DNA from: Balanoglossus misakiensis
Lineage: Eukaryota > Animalia > Hemichordata
Reading direction: 5' to 3'
Assembly: GCA_040954595.2 (NCBI GenBank)
Contig: CM082590.2
Span: forward strand, 4,650,001 to 4,714,000
Length of the DNA: 64,000 nucleotides
Part shown: piece after piece, positions 51,200-64,000 of the stretch
Position numbering within the stretch: the first letter of the stretch is position 1
Layout of the letters: each line of letters starts with the position of its first letter
The notes under the pieces: generated by a model
What the model was told of the DNA's origin: nothing
What the model saw: only the letters and a program-made list of their open reading frames with translations
The model's database searches: none
Translations under genes and position numbers: made by a program

Positions 51200-53572
51200 A
51201 TTTAATTTGCATACTCACACCATAGGAATCATGTTACCTGGTTACCAACTTGGCATCTGGACAGGAGGATATTGGGCATCATGGAAATCTGAAACTAATG
51301 AGAAAATTTGTGTAAATAGACAATTATAACTGACTGCTATGAACTTCAACTTGGCTCCAATCCATAATTATTTCTCGTTGGGTGCTCAGTTGTTTCTGGT
51401 TTCAAGGCGACTAGTGCAAAGTGTCCAGGAAATCACATGAGACATGGAGATATCACATGACTGCAAGCCATGAGCCATTATTTTGCATACTCACACCATA
51501 GGAATCATGTTACCTGGTTACCAACTTGGCATCTGGACAGAAGGATATTGGGCATCATGGAAATCTGAAACTAATGAGAAAATTTGTGTAAATAGACAAT
51601 TATAACTGACTGCTATGAACTTCAACTTGGCTCCAATCCATAATTATTTCTCGTTGGGTGCTCAGTTGTTTCTGGTTTCAAGGCGACTAGTGCAAAGTGT
51701 CCAGGAAATCACATGAGACATGGAGATATCACATGACTGCAAGCCATGAGCCATTATTTTGCATACTCACACCATAGGAATCATGTTACCTGGTTACCAA
51801 CTTGGCATCTGGACAGAAGGATATTGGGCATCATGGAAATCTGAAACTAATGAGAAAATTTATGTAAATAGACAATTATAACTGACTGCTATGAACTTCA
51901 ACTTGGCTCCTATCCATAATTATTTCTCGTTGGGTGCTCAGTTGTTTCTGGTTTCAAGGCGACTAGTGCAAAGTGTCCAGGAAATCACATGAGACACGGA
52001 GATGTCACATGACTGCAAGCCATGAGCCATTAATTTGCATACTCACACCACAGGAATCATGTTACCTGGTTACCAACTTGGCATCTGGACAGAAGGATAT
52101 TGGGCATCATGGAAATCTGAAACTAATGAGAAAATTTATGTAAATAGACAATTATAACTGACTGCTATGAACTTCAACTTGGCTCCAATCCATAATTATT
52201 TCTCGTTGGGTGCTCAGTTGTTTCTGGTTTCAAGGCGACTAGGGCAAAGTGTCCAGGAAATCACATGAGACACGGAGATGTCACATGACTGCAAGCCATG
52301 AGCCATTAATTTGCATACTCACACCACAGGAATCATGTTACCTGGTTACCAACTTGGCATCTGGACAGAAGGATATTGGGCATCATGGAAATCTGAAACT
52401 AATGAGAAAATTTATGTAAATAGACAATTATAACTGACTGCTATGAACTTCAACTTGGCTCCTATCCATAATTATTTCTCGTTGGGTGCTCAGTTGTTTC
52501 TGGTTTCAAGGCGACTAGGGCAAAGTGTCCAGGAAATCACAAGAGACACGGAGATGTCACATGACTGCAAGCCATGAGCCATTCATTTGCATACTCACAC
52601 CATAGGAATCATGTTACCTTGGTTACCAACTTGGCATCTGGACAGAAGTATATTGGGCATCATGGAAATCTGAAACTAATGAGAAAAAATTGTGAAAATA
52701 GACAATTATAACTGACTGCTATGAACTTCAACTTGGCTCCAATCTATAATTATTTCTCGTTGGGTGCTCAGTTGTGTCTTGTTTCAACGCGACTAGGGCA
52801 AAGTGTCCAGGAAATCACAAGAGACACGGAGATGTCACATGACTGCAAGCCATGAGCCATTAATTTGCATATACTCAAACCATAGGAATCATGTTACCTG
52901 GTTACCAACTTGGCATCTGGACAGGAGGATATTGGGCATCATGGAAATCTGAAACTAATGAGAAAAAATTGTGTAAATAGACAATTATAACTGACTGCTA
53001 TGAACTTCAACTTGGCTCCTATCCATAATTATTTCTCGTTGGGTGCTCAGTTGTTTCTGGTTTCAAGGCGACTAGGGCAAAGTGTCCAGGAAATCACAAG
53101 AGACACGGAGATGTCACATGACTGCAAGCCGTGAGCTATTAATTTGCATACTCACACCATAGGAATCATGTTACCTGGTTACCAACTTGGCATCTGGACA
53201 GGAGGATATTGGGCATCATGGAAATCTGAAACTAATGAGAAAAATTGTGTAAATAGACAATTATAACTGACTGCTATGAACTTCAACTTGGCTCCTATCC
53301 ATAATTATTTCTCGTTGGGTGCTCAGTTGTTTCTGGTTCAAAGGCGACTAGGGCAAAGTGTCCAGGAAATCACAAGAGACACGGAGATGTCACATGACTG
53401 CAAGCAATGAGCCATTAATTTGCATACTCACACCACAGGAATCATGTTACCTGGTTACCAACTTGGCATCTGGACAGGAGGATATTGGGCATCATGGAAA
53501 TCTGAAACTAATGAGAAAAAATTGTGTAAATAGACAATTATAACTGACTGCTATGAACTTCAACTTGGCTGC
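51200..53572 (-). repeat. 276-bp tandem repeat, ~8.6 units, each with a 51-nt exon-like cassette
   Basis: Nine copies of TTTCAG|ATTTCC...AACCAG|GTAACAT on the minus strand, first 51238-51288, last 53451-53501. Confidence 0.9.
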
Positions 53573-54177
53573 TAACAATCCCCAACACCTGCAAGAAATA
53601 ATAAATAGTAAATATTAATTTATTATCATAGACTGGTTGAGTTTAATGTTACCTATGGTACACTTACATTGTATTTTCCCTTTTAATCTGGTGGGTAGTT
53701 AGCTATCTGATGTACATTAACCATTGTAAAACTCTAGGATCTGATAAACTTATTTATTTATCCAATAGACTTACAAAATGTGAAAATATTTCTATTTCTA
53801 TGGGAGAAACATGGACTGGTACTCAGTTAACTAATCATTATGGGGGACTAAAATTTCCTCAAATTTAAAATTATTCCTGTAATTATCACCTGTCTATATA
53901 TTATGTACATTGTAATTGCTAAACTATACCATTCACTGGGTTTAGCTCCTTACTGGAAAATTGCCATTACAATTTATGCCCAGTTGTGGGTTTAAGAAAA
54001 ATACACAGTGATAAAAACTGCAAAATTATTAATGGAGTATTCAAAAGTTATTCCCTAAAATCATCAGACATAAGTACTAAATTATCACTTAAAGCTAAGC
54101 CTACTAATCAATACAAATTCAGCAGAATATTTAAGTTCCACAGCTGAGGGTTAATGAGAAAACAACACATTTCTTAT

Positions 54178-54345
54178 TTATCATTATCATAATCATCATC
54201 ATCATAATCATCATCATCATCATCACCATCATCATTGCCATCATCATCACCATCATCGTCATCACCATCATCATCATCATCATCATCACCATCACAACCG
54301 TCATCAACATCAGTACAACCATCAATGCCATCACCATAACAACTA
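54178..54345. repeat. (CAT)n-type microsatellite
   Basis: Seen directly. Confidence 0.95.
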
Positions 54346-54924
54346 GCAATAACAATTAACATCAAAACTGCCAACACCATCACCAATATTAACAGGAATA
54401 AAATCAAAATGTTGAATGACCCATGAAAATCAGAAACTGTCAACCAACAGCATTCTACAAAGTCACTAGTTTATTAATCTAGCTGAGGTGATTGTATTAT
54501 ACTCTTTAATATTATATGTTTATTATTATCAGTTTGTAATTTTTTAAGTCTACAAATATTATAATATTAAAATTTCCAATGGCAATTTTTTATACGCATA
54601 GCTGACATTATACACCAGTAATTCTGAATGTTCATTTACTAAATTACTGCAATTTCCAAAACAGCCAAACCTATATACATGTTATGTAAATTATTTTCCA
54701 ATTTTCAAACGAGTGCTAACTTCACTGATGAAAAGGGGGAATTTAGACAATGAGCTGTTGGTGAAACTGACTGGATGGTATTAAAACACAATTAAATACA
54801 GATCTGGAACATAAATGTTATACAATGCAATGTTAAATCATATTATTTAATCTGGAAAGAAATCATGCATTTGAGACACATCAATTGTGATCACAATTAC
54901 CGGTTCAATGCAAACACTGTCTGG

Positions 54925-57900
54925 AAGTTTTCATATCAAGCTACAGTACCTGAAACAAAAATTTGTAATCACTGACACCCCCATCATTATGAATCGCTAA
55001 CACCCCCACCCCCATCATTATGAACACCTTGGTTCACACAGGTTATTTGTTTACGATTGTGAAACACTGTTCACTTAATAACACAAGCATAGTAAAATTA
55101 TTAATGATACAACACAACATGGTACAGCATTTTAATACTGCAGATTAGTTCAAAGTTTTCATATCAAGCTATAGTACCTGAAACAAAAATTTATTATGGC
55201 TGACACCCCCCTCCCCCCATCATCATCAATTTGAACACCTAGGTTCACACAGGTTGTTTGTTTACGATTGTGACACACTGTTCACTTAATTAACACAAGA
55301 ATAGTAAAAAAATTTAATGATAAAACACATCATGGTGCAGCATTTAATACTGCAGGTTAGTTTAAAGTTTTCATATCAAGCTACAGTACCTGAAACAAAA
55401 AATTGTAATCACTGACACCCCCCAACCCTGACACCCCCCTCCCCCCATCATTATCAATTAGAACACTTGGTTTCACACAGGTTATTTGTTTACGATTGTG
55501 AAACACTGTTCACTTAATAACACAAGCATAGTAAAATTATTAATGATACAACACAACATGGTGCAGCATTTTAATACTGCAGATTAGTTCAAAGTTTTCA
55601 TATCAAGCTACAGTACCTGAAACAAAAATTTATTATGGCTGACACCCCCCTCCCCCCATCATCATCAATTTGAACACCTAGGTTCACACAGGTTGTTTGT
55701 TTACGATTGTGACACACTGTTCACTTAATTAACACAAGAATAGTAAAAAAATTTAATGATAAAACACATCATGGTGCAGCATTTAATACTGCAGATTAGT
55801 TCAAGGTTTTCATATCAAGCTACAGTACCTGAAACAAAAATTTGTAATCACTGACACCCCCACCCCTGACAACCCCCACCCCCGATCATTACCAATTAGA
55901 ATACCTTGGTTTCACACAGGTTGTTTGTTTACGATCGTGAAACACTGTTTACTTAATTAACACAAGAATAGTAAAAAAATTTAATGATAAAACACATCAT
56001 GGTGCAGCATTTTAATACTGCAGATTAGTTCAAAGTTTTCATATCAAGCTACAGTACCTGAAACAAAAAATTGTAATCACTGACACCCCCAACCCTGACA
56101 CCCCCCTCCCCCCATCATTATCAATTAGAACACTTGGTTTCACACAGGTTATTTGTTTACGATTGTGAAACACTGTTCACTTAATAACACAAGCATAGTA
56201 AAATTATTAATGATACAACACAACATGGTGCAGCATTTTAATACTGCAGATTAGTTCAAAGTTTTCATATCAAGCTACAGTACCTGAAACAAAAATTTAT
56301 TATGGCTGACACCCCCCTCCCCCCATCATCATCAATTTGAACACCTAGGTTCACACAGGTTGTTTGTTTACGATTGTGAAACACTGTTCACTTAATTAAC
56401 ACAAGAATAGTAAAAAAATTTAATGATAAAACACATCATGGTGCAGCATTTAATACTGCAGATTAGTTCAAGGTTTTCATATCAAGCTACAGTACCTGAA
56501 ACAAAAATTTGTAATTACTTACACCCCCCACCCCTGACACCCCCCACCCCCCATCATTATCAATTAGAACACTTGGCTTCACACTGGTTGTTTGTTTACG
56601 ATTGTGAAACACTGTTCACTTAATATGGTGCAGCATTTTAATACTGCAGATTAGTTCAAAGTTTTCATATCAAGCTACAGTACCTGAAACAAAAAATTGT
56701 AATCACTTACACCACCCACCCCTGACACCCCCCACCCCCCATCATTATCAATTAGAACACTTGGCTTCACACTGGTTGTTTGTTTACGATTGTGAAACAC
56801 TGTTCACTTAATATGGTGCAGCATTTTAATACTGCAGGTTAGTTCAAGGTTTTCATATCAAGCTACAGTACCTGAAACAAAAATTTGTAATCACTGACAC
56901 CCCCACCCCTGACAACCCCCTCCCCCCATCATTATCAATTTGAACACTTGGTTTAACACAGGTTGTTTGTTTACGATTGTGAAACACTGTTCACTTAATT
57001 AACACAAGCATAGTAGAATTATTAATGATAAAATACATCATGGTGCAGCAATTTAGTACTGTAGATTAGTTCAAGGTTTTCATATCAAGCTACAGTACCT
57101 GACACAAAAATTTGTAATCACAGACACCCCCACCCCTGATCATTACCACACTGGCTGTTTGTTTCCAATTGTGAAACACTGTTCACTAAATATGGTGCAG
57201 CAATTTAATACTGCAGATTAGTTCAAAGTTTTCATATCAAGCTACAGTACCTGAAACAAAAATTTGTAATCACTGACACCCCCCACCCCCGATCATTACC
57301 AATTAGAACACCTTGGTTCACACAGGTAGTTTGTTAACGATTGTGAAACACTGTTCACTTAAGAACGCAAGCATAGTAGAATTATTAATGATAAAACACA
57401 TCATGGTGCAGCAATTTAATACTGCAGATTAGGTCAAAGTTTTCATATCAAGCTACAGTACCTGAAACAAAAATTTGTAATCACTGACACCCCCATCATT
57501 ATGAATCGCTGACACCCCCACCCCATCATTATGAACACCTTGGTTCACACAGGTTATTTGTTTATGATCGTGAAACACTGTTCACTTAATTAACACAAGC
57601 ATAGTAGAATTATTAATGATAAAACACATCATGGTGCAGCAATTTAATACTGCAGATTAGTTCAAGGTTTTCATATCAAGCTACAGTACCTGAAACAAAA
57701 ATTTGTAATCGCTGACACCTCCTACCCCATTATTATGAACACCTTGGTTCACACAGGTTGTTTGTTTACGATTGTGAAACACTGTTCACTTAAGAACACA
57801 TGCTTAGTAAAATTATTAATGAAATTAATCACATCATAGTGCAGCATTTTAATACTGCAGGTTAGTTTAAAGTTCTCATATCAAGCTACAGTACCTGAAA

Positions 57901-60030
57901 CAAAAATTTGTAATCGCTGACACCCCCCACCCCTGACAACCCCCACCCCCGATCATTACCACACAGGTTGTTTGTTTACGATTGTGAAACACTGTTCACT
58001 TAAGAACACATGCCTGGTAAAATTATTAATGAAATTAATCACATCATGGTGCAGCATTTTAATCCTGCAGGTTAGTTTAAAGTTCTCATATCAAGCTACA
58101 GTACCTGAAACAAAAATTTATCATGGCTGACACCCCCCTCCCCCCATCATCATCAATTTGAACACCTAGGTTCACACAGGTTGTTTGTTTACGATTGTGA
58201 AACACTGTTCACTTAATTAACACAAGAATAGTAAAAAAATTTAATGATAAAACACATCATGGTGCAGCATTTAATACTGCAGATTAGTTCAAGGTTTTCA
58301 TATCAAGCTACAGTACCTGAAACAAAAATTTGTAATTACTTACACCCCCCACCCCTGACACCCCCCACCCCCCATCATTATCAATTAGAACACTTGGCTT
58401 CACACTGGTTGTTTGTTTACGATTGTGAAACACTGTTCACTTAATATGGTGCAGCATTTTAATACTGCAGATTAGTTCAAAGTTTTCATATCAAGCTACA
58501 GTACCTGAAACAAAAAATTGTAATCACTTACACCACCCACCCCTGACACCCCCCACCCCCCATCATTATCAATTAGAACACTTGGCTTCACACTGGTTGT
58601 TTGTTTACGATTGTGAAACACTGTTCACTTAATATGGTGCAGCATTTTAATACTGCAGGTTAGTTCAAGGTTTTCATATCAAGCTACAGTACCTGAAACA
58701 AAAATTTGTAATCACTGACACCCCCACCCCTGACAACCCCCTCCCCCCATCATTATCAATTTGAACACTTGGTTTAACACAGGTTGTTTGTTTACGATTG
58801 TGAAACACTGTTCACTTAATTAACACAAGCATAGTAGAATTATTAATGATAAAATACATCATGGTGCAGCAATTTAGTACTGTAGATTAGTTCAAGGTTT
58901 TCATATCAAGCTACAGTACCTGACACAAAAATTTGTAATCACAGACACCCCCACCCCTGATCATTACCACACTGGCTGTTTGTTTCCAATTGTGAAACAC
59001 TGTTCACTAAATATGGTGCAGCAATTTAATACTGCAGATTAGTTCAAAGTTTTCATATCAAGCTACAGTACCTGAAACAAAAATTTGTAATCACTGACAC
59101 CCCCCACCCCCGATCATTACCAATTAGAACACCTTGGTTCACACAGGTAGTTTGTTAACGATTGTGAAACACTGTTCACTTAAGAACGCAAGCATAGTAG
59201 AATTATTAATGATAAAACACATCATGGTGCAGCAATTTAATACTGCAGATTAGGTCAAAGTTTTCATATCAAGCTACAGTACCTGAAACAAAAATTTGTA
59301 ATCACTGACACCCCCATCATTATGAATCGCTGACACCCCCACCCCATCATTATGAACACCTTGGTTCACACAGGTTATTTGTTTATGATCGTGAAACACT
59401 GTTCACTTAATTAACACAAGCATAGTAGAATTATTAATGATAAAACACATCATGGTGCAGCAATTTAATACTGCAGATTAGTTCAAGGTTTTCATATCAA
59501 GCTACAGTACCTGAAACAAAAATTTGTAATCGCTGACACCTCCTACCCCATTATTATGAACACCTTGGTTCACACAGGTTGTTTGTTTACGATTGTGAAA
59601 CACTGTTCACTTAAGAACACATGCTTAGTAAAATTATTAATGAAATTAATCACATCATAGTGCAGCATTTTAATACTGCAGGTTAGTTTAAAGTTCTCAT
59701 ATCAAGCTACAGTACCTGAAACAAAAATTTGTAATCGCTGACACCCCCCACCCCTGACAACCCCCACCCCCGATCATTACCACACAGGTTGTTTGTTTAC
59801 GATTGTGAAACACTGTTCACTTAAGAACACATGCCTGGTAAAATTATTAATGAAATTAATCACATCATGGTGCAGCATTTTAATCCTGCAGGTTAGTTTA
59901 AAGTTCTCATATCAAGCTACAGTACCTGAAACAAAAATTTATCATGGCTGACACCCCCTTCCCCCATCATTATCAATAAGAACACCTTGGTTTCACCCAG
60001 GTTGTTTGTTTACAATTGTGAAACACTGTT
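54925..60030. repeat. Satellite, ~150-230-bp variable monomer, ~25 copies, with an 1821-bp higher-order duplication
   Basis: Same core as 26697-28410; identical ORFs at 56423 and 58244 mark the 1821-bp period. Confidence 0.96.
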
Positions 60031-60335
60031 CATGTTATAACACCACAAATTCCATAGTGTAATATTATTAACTAGTTTGATAAATCAGAAACTTCTGAGT
60101 GCGTGGTTACTTATACGGTATTTCATGTTTGAGAGTGCAAGGTTATGACATCCCCAAATCTGACTGGCCAGGTCAGAATGGGAACACCCACATGTGTGCA
60201 AGTTTTAATAAAATACACCTGAGAGCATGACTGCACCCAGCAGATCACCCATTTACAAAGCTTTGTGTCATTACATGTGAGTTTGATATTTTTATTTTTA
60301 TAAGTATCACCATCATCATCATCATCATCATCATC

Positions 60336-60366
<31 letters not shown>

Positions 60367-63300
60367 TCAGTATCACCATCTAAACCATCATTATCACCAT
60401 CTAAACCATTATCACCACCATCACCATCAGTATCACCATCATCACCATCATTATCACCATCATCACCATCATTATCACCATCATCACCATCACCACCACT
60501 ATTATCACCATCAGTATAACCATCACCACCATTATAATCACCATCATCATCACCATCACCACCATTATTATCTTAATCAGTATCACCAGTACCACCAGAT
60601 TCACCATCATTGTCATCACTATTATCACCACCAGTATTATCATATTCAGTTAAAACTGCTGTACCAGTTAGTACAGATCTCCATTTACCATGGTAACTGT
60701 ATTTAAATTTGCATGCATGCATTTTGTCTGAAACACAGATGAACCCGTTACATGATATATTTTACATGTCAAGCAAAATGGCTGCTACATTTGTACATTA
60801 AAATGATACGAGGCAACAGGGATTCATATGAAGTGCATTCCTAGAAAAAAAGAAAACTTTATTTAATTCATTTAATAACAGGCATATCAATGATATTTAT
60901 CTATACCAGTCATAAATTTTCACCAACAGCTCTATGTACTAGGATCATTTTACCCTGGTTTGTACAAACACATTTGCTTTGCAAAACTCTGTACACAGAA
61001 TCACAAAGTATGTAATGCCAACTATGCATAAACATTAGGCTACCAATTCTGACAAATATTTAAGATGAATGTGACTGATTGTCTGGATGAAAATACATCT
61101 CTGTGTAACGTATATTTATGGTTAAATTAAACCTTTACTAACATTATTATTTCTGTTATTTTATACCACTACAACCACAATGCCAAAGCTAACGCTAGTA
61201 ACAGATACAACATTACACCCATTATTCTGGAGTAAATTAAGACCACTAAGAAACAAATATTAACCACCTATACCACTCAAGACATATTCATTCTGCCACC
61301 AATTGCATCTCAAAGTATCCTGAAGAGTCACCAAAACCAAACAATACCACATTGACATATGCTCTGCAGAAACTACTATTATTGGTGTCTTTCTTACACA
61401 GATATAAAGAACTAATCATCATCATCATTGTTACTGTTTTTGTAACATCTTCATCATCATCATTGTCATCATCATCCTCATTATAATCATCATCATCATC
61501 GATATCATCATCATCACAATCATCATTATCATCATCATCATCATTGTCGTCATTATTTTTAGTTATTTTATTATCATCCTCCTATTATTCATCCTATTAT
61601 TCCTAATCATTTTTTTTCTCATATTACATTTGTCTTTCAATTGTCATTGATTTTAAGAATATCACTGCTCCAATTTCAATGTGACTGGTGTGATCATCCT
61701 CTTTGCCGTAATTTGCATTTGAACATCATGAAGTTAATCCAAACTGAATAGCAGATGCCTACCATGTCGTTTTTAATCCTCCCTACCTTAAATAGGTTTT
61801 AAGCTACCTAAGTGAGTGATGAAAATCTCATAATATGGTCGACAAAATTTCAAGATGGCCGATTTTTGCCATGTTTAAGAAATGGGAGTTCATGAGCTAA
61901 AGTGATATTGAGTCTTTCTGAATCTTTGTAACAGAAAAAATAACAAAATGTGAAAAAAGTTTAATGAGTTTGATATGTTAAGTACAAAGACAAACATGTT
62001 TGACCAAAGGAAGTCATAAACATATCATTTATTCTATCTCTTACTACAGTGAGTTGTCGACTTTTTACCAAGAATGCAATTATTATAATATGATTTGACC
62101 CCCTAGCACAAAGTGAACACCTATTAAAGGCAGCCAGAATTCTGCACCATCTGCCAATTATGCAATATTTAAGCTGTCAAGTAAAACAATAAAGTAAATC
62201 ATATAAATGTTTTTACTTCCCTGCTCAAAGATCGGCTGCAATAATGTACATCCATTTCTGTAATCTTCAACTTTTTCCCACAAGTCCTGTCGGCTAGATC
62301 ACATGGAAAGTTCCTCCTGCAATTTAAGAAAGTTGAAAACAATTTTGAGCACAAAATCAAAACTTTCAAAAAATATAGACATCATGGGTAAGAGGAACTC
62401 ATATGTTTTCATCTTCAAATTTGTATACAGTTGTTTATAAAACTGTTGCCAGTTCTCATCCACATATAAAAATGAGATAACTACAGAGCCTTATATTATA
62501 ATCCTAAATTTTAAAATTTAGGAAAACATTTACTATAGTTCTAAGCAGGAAAGTTAAAGGACAAAGTCTCTCTTTGCTACCCTTTTCCCATTAATTATGT
62601 TTGATACAAGACACCGTTTATGTTAATGTATATGTGGATATATAGTGAATCAACGTTCAACCACACACACCTTCCATCCCGCTTGTAGACATGAGAGTGA
62701 AAAACTCGCCAAAATGAATAATCAGTGTCTACCATTTATTCATTTTGGGTGAGCTTTCACTCTCATATCATACAAGTGGTATGGAATTTGTGTGTTGTTG
62801 AACGTACATTCACTACATATACAAATGTTCATTAATATAAACAGTGTGTTGTATCAAACCTAATTAATGGGAAAAGGGCAGGGAGAGAGAGACTTTGTCC
62901 GTTTAACTTCCTAGGCTGAGAATGCTGAAATACTTGAATAGACGCAGACATGGTCAATTGTCAATAGTCTCCTCAGTAAAAGCCCAGAAAATGTTACCAC
63001 AGGCAGTTCAACATTAAGATGATACAGTTGGTGTTTGAATCAAGGGTGCTATTCTTTTGAACTTTATGCAAATGTGCAACTCAGATCATTGACTTAGAAC
63101 AGCAGCTCACATTGTAAAATATTGGAAAATGCTTCACAAATCATCATTGATAATCATGATCACACCGAAAAAAAGATTAGATAGCACAATTTTATTCCTA
63201 CACTTTACATGGGGTGTAGTTGCAGTGCAGTGTACAGACTAAAACTGCAATGGAATTCTCTGCAATTCTTACTCTCAATCTTGCCTTACTTTATGAATAT

Positions 63301-64000
63301 TTTGTATACTAGTATGATTGTCATAATGGCAACAGAAAAAATGTCCCTCTCATTATCAAAAGGCCCTTAAAGTGGAGACCACCGGCAAAAATGACCTCAA
63401 ATCAAACGGTTTCATAGAAAACAATTTTTTGCGCAAAATCCCCCAAAATTGCCCCAAGAACACAAATATGGAAATTTCACCAACAAGGTATGTACGACAG
63501 CTTACTTTGGTTATCCCTAGGAACATGCCTACCAAAATCCTAATAATTCTGGACAAGAGGTTTCAGAGAAATGATTTTTTACCAAAAATCATAAAAATTA
63601 CCCAAAAATTACAAATATGCAAATTATGCAACAAACTGGAAAAAATGACTTAGATTACCTATTTGAAGCTTCATAATAAATTTTAAAGCAATCAACCCAT
63701 GATTGTTTACAGTCTATAATATAAAACAAGACTAAAATCTTCATAAAAATAGAAAATTCATGATATTAACTAAAAACTTTGAGGCCTGTGTGAGGTTCAG
63801 TGGTTGACATAAGGTACATGCATACCAATATTCAAAGCAATTTGCCCAATAGTTGTTGAGTTTCAGAGTTTTGACCAATTTCACATATTCAAGCTTATTT
63901 GCATATTTTTGAGAATGTCAACTTCGTTTATATCAAGGTGATATGCCAAGTGGTTTCCAAGTTTTTTTATTTGGATTGACATACATACCATGGGACCTAA
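59690..64000 (+). repeat. Segmental duplication copy 2, with ~1.05 kb (62348-63401) not present in copy 1
   Basis: Aligns with 28060-31600, including the (CAT)n tracts at 60303-60645 and 61415-61555. Confidence 0.95.
62547..62912. mobile_element. Fold-back element / long imperfect inverted repeat
   Basis: ~170-bp arms (GGACAAAGTCTCTCT...CCAAAATGAATAA and TTATTCATTTTGG...AGAGAGACTTTGTCC) around a ~15-nt loop. Confidence 0.85.

Overview
AT-rich, repeat-dense eukaryotic (metazoan) genomic DNA; the repeat style suggests a marine invertebrate, which is inference only. The one convincing protein-coding gene is the 5' part of a minus-strand ankyrin-repeat gene: ATG exon 10998-11027 plus five 99-bp phase-0 exons, each encoding one 33-aa repeat, running off the left edge. 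It grew by tandem duplication of a two-exon module, and the duplicated exons differ mostly by amino-acid changes at ankyrin binding-surface positions. kB-like, DR1 and CRE motifs lie just upstream. The rest of the window holds a Tx1/L1-like LINE 3' end split by a TIR element, a frameshifted RTEX-like LINE, several MITEs, two elements with a DIRS-like internal-complementary-region layout, relic duplications of the ankyrin upstream region, four satellites (91, ~170-230, 276 and 289 bp; two with higher-order structure), a ~31.6-kb-offset segmental duplication, and minus-strand tandem exon-like cassettes at 49-54 kb with no recognisable product. No rRNA, tRNA or CRISPR was seen. Most listed ORFs are artefacts of repeats.
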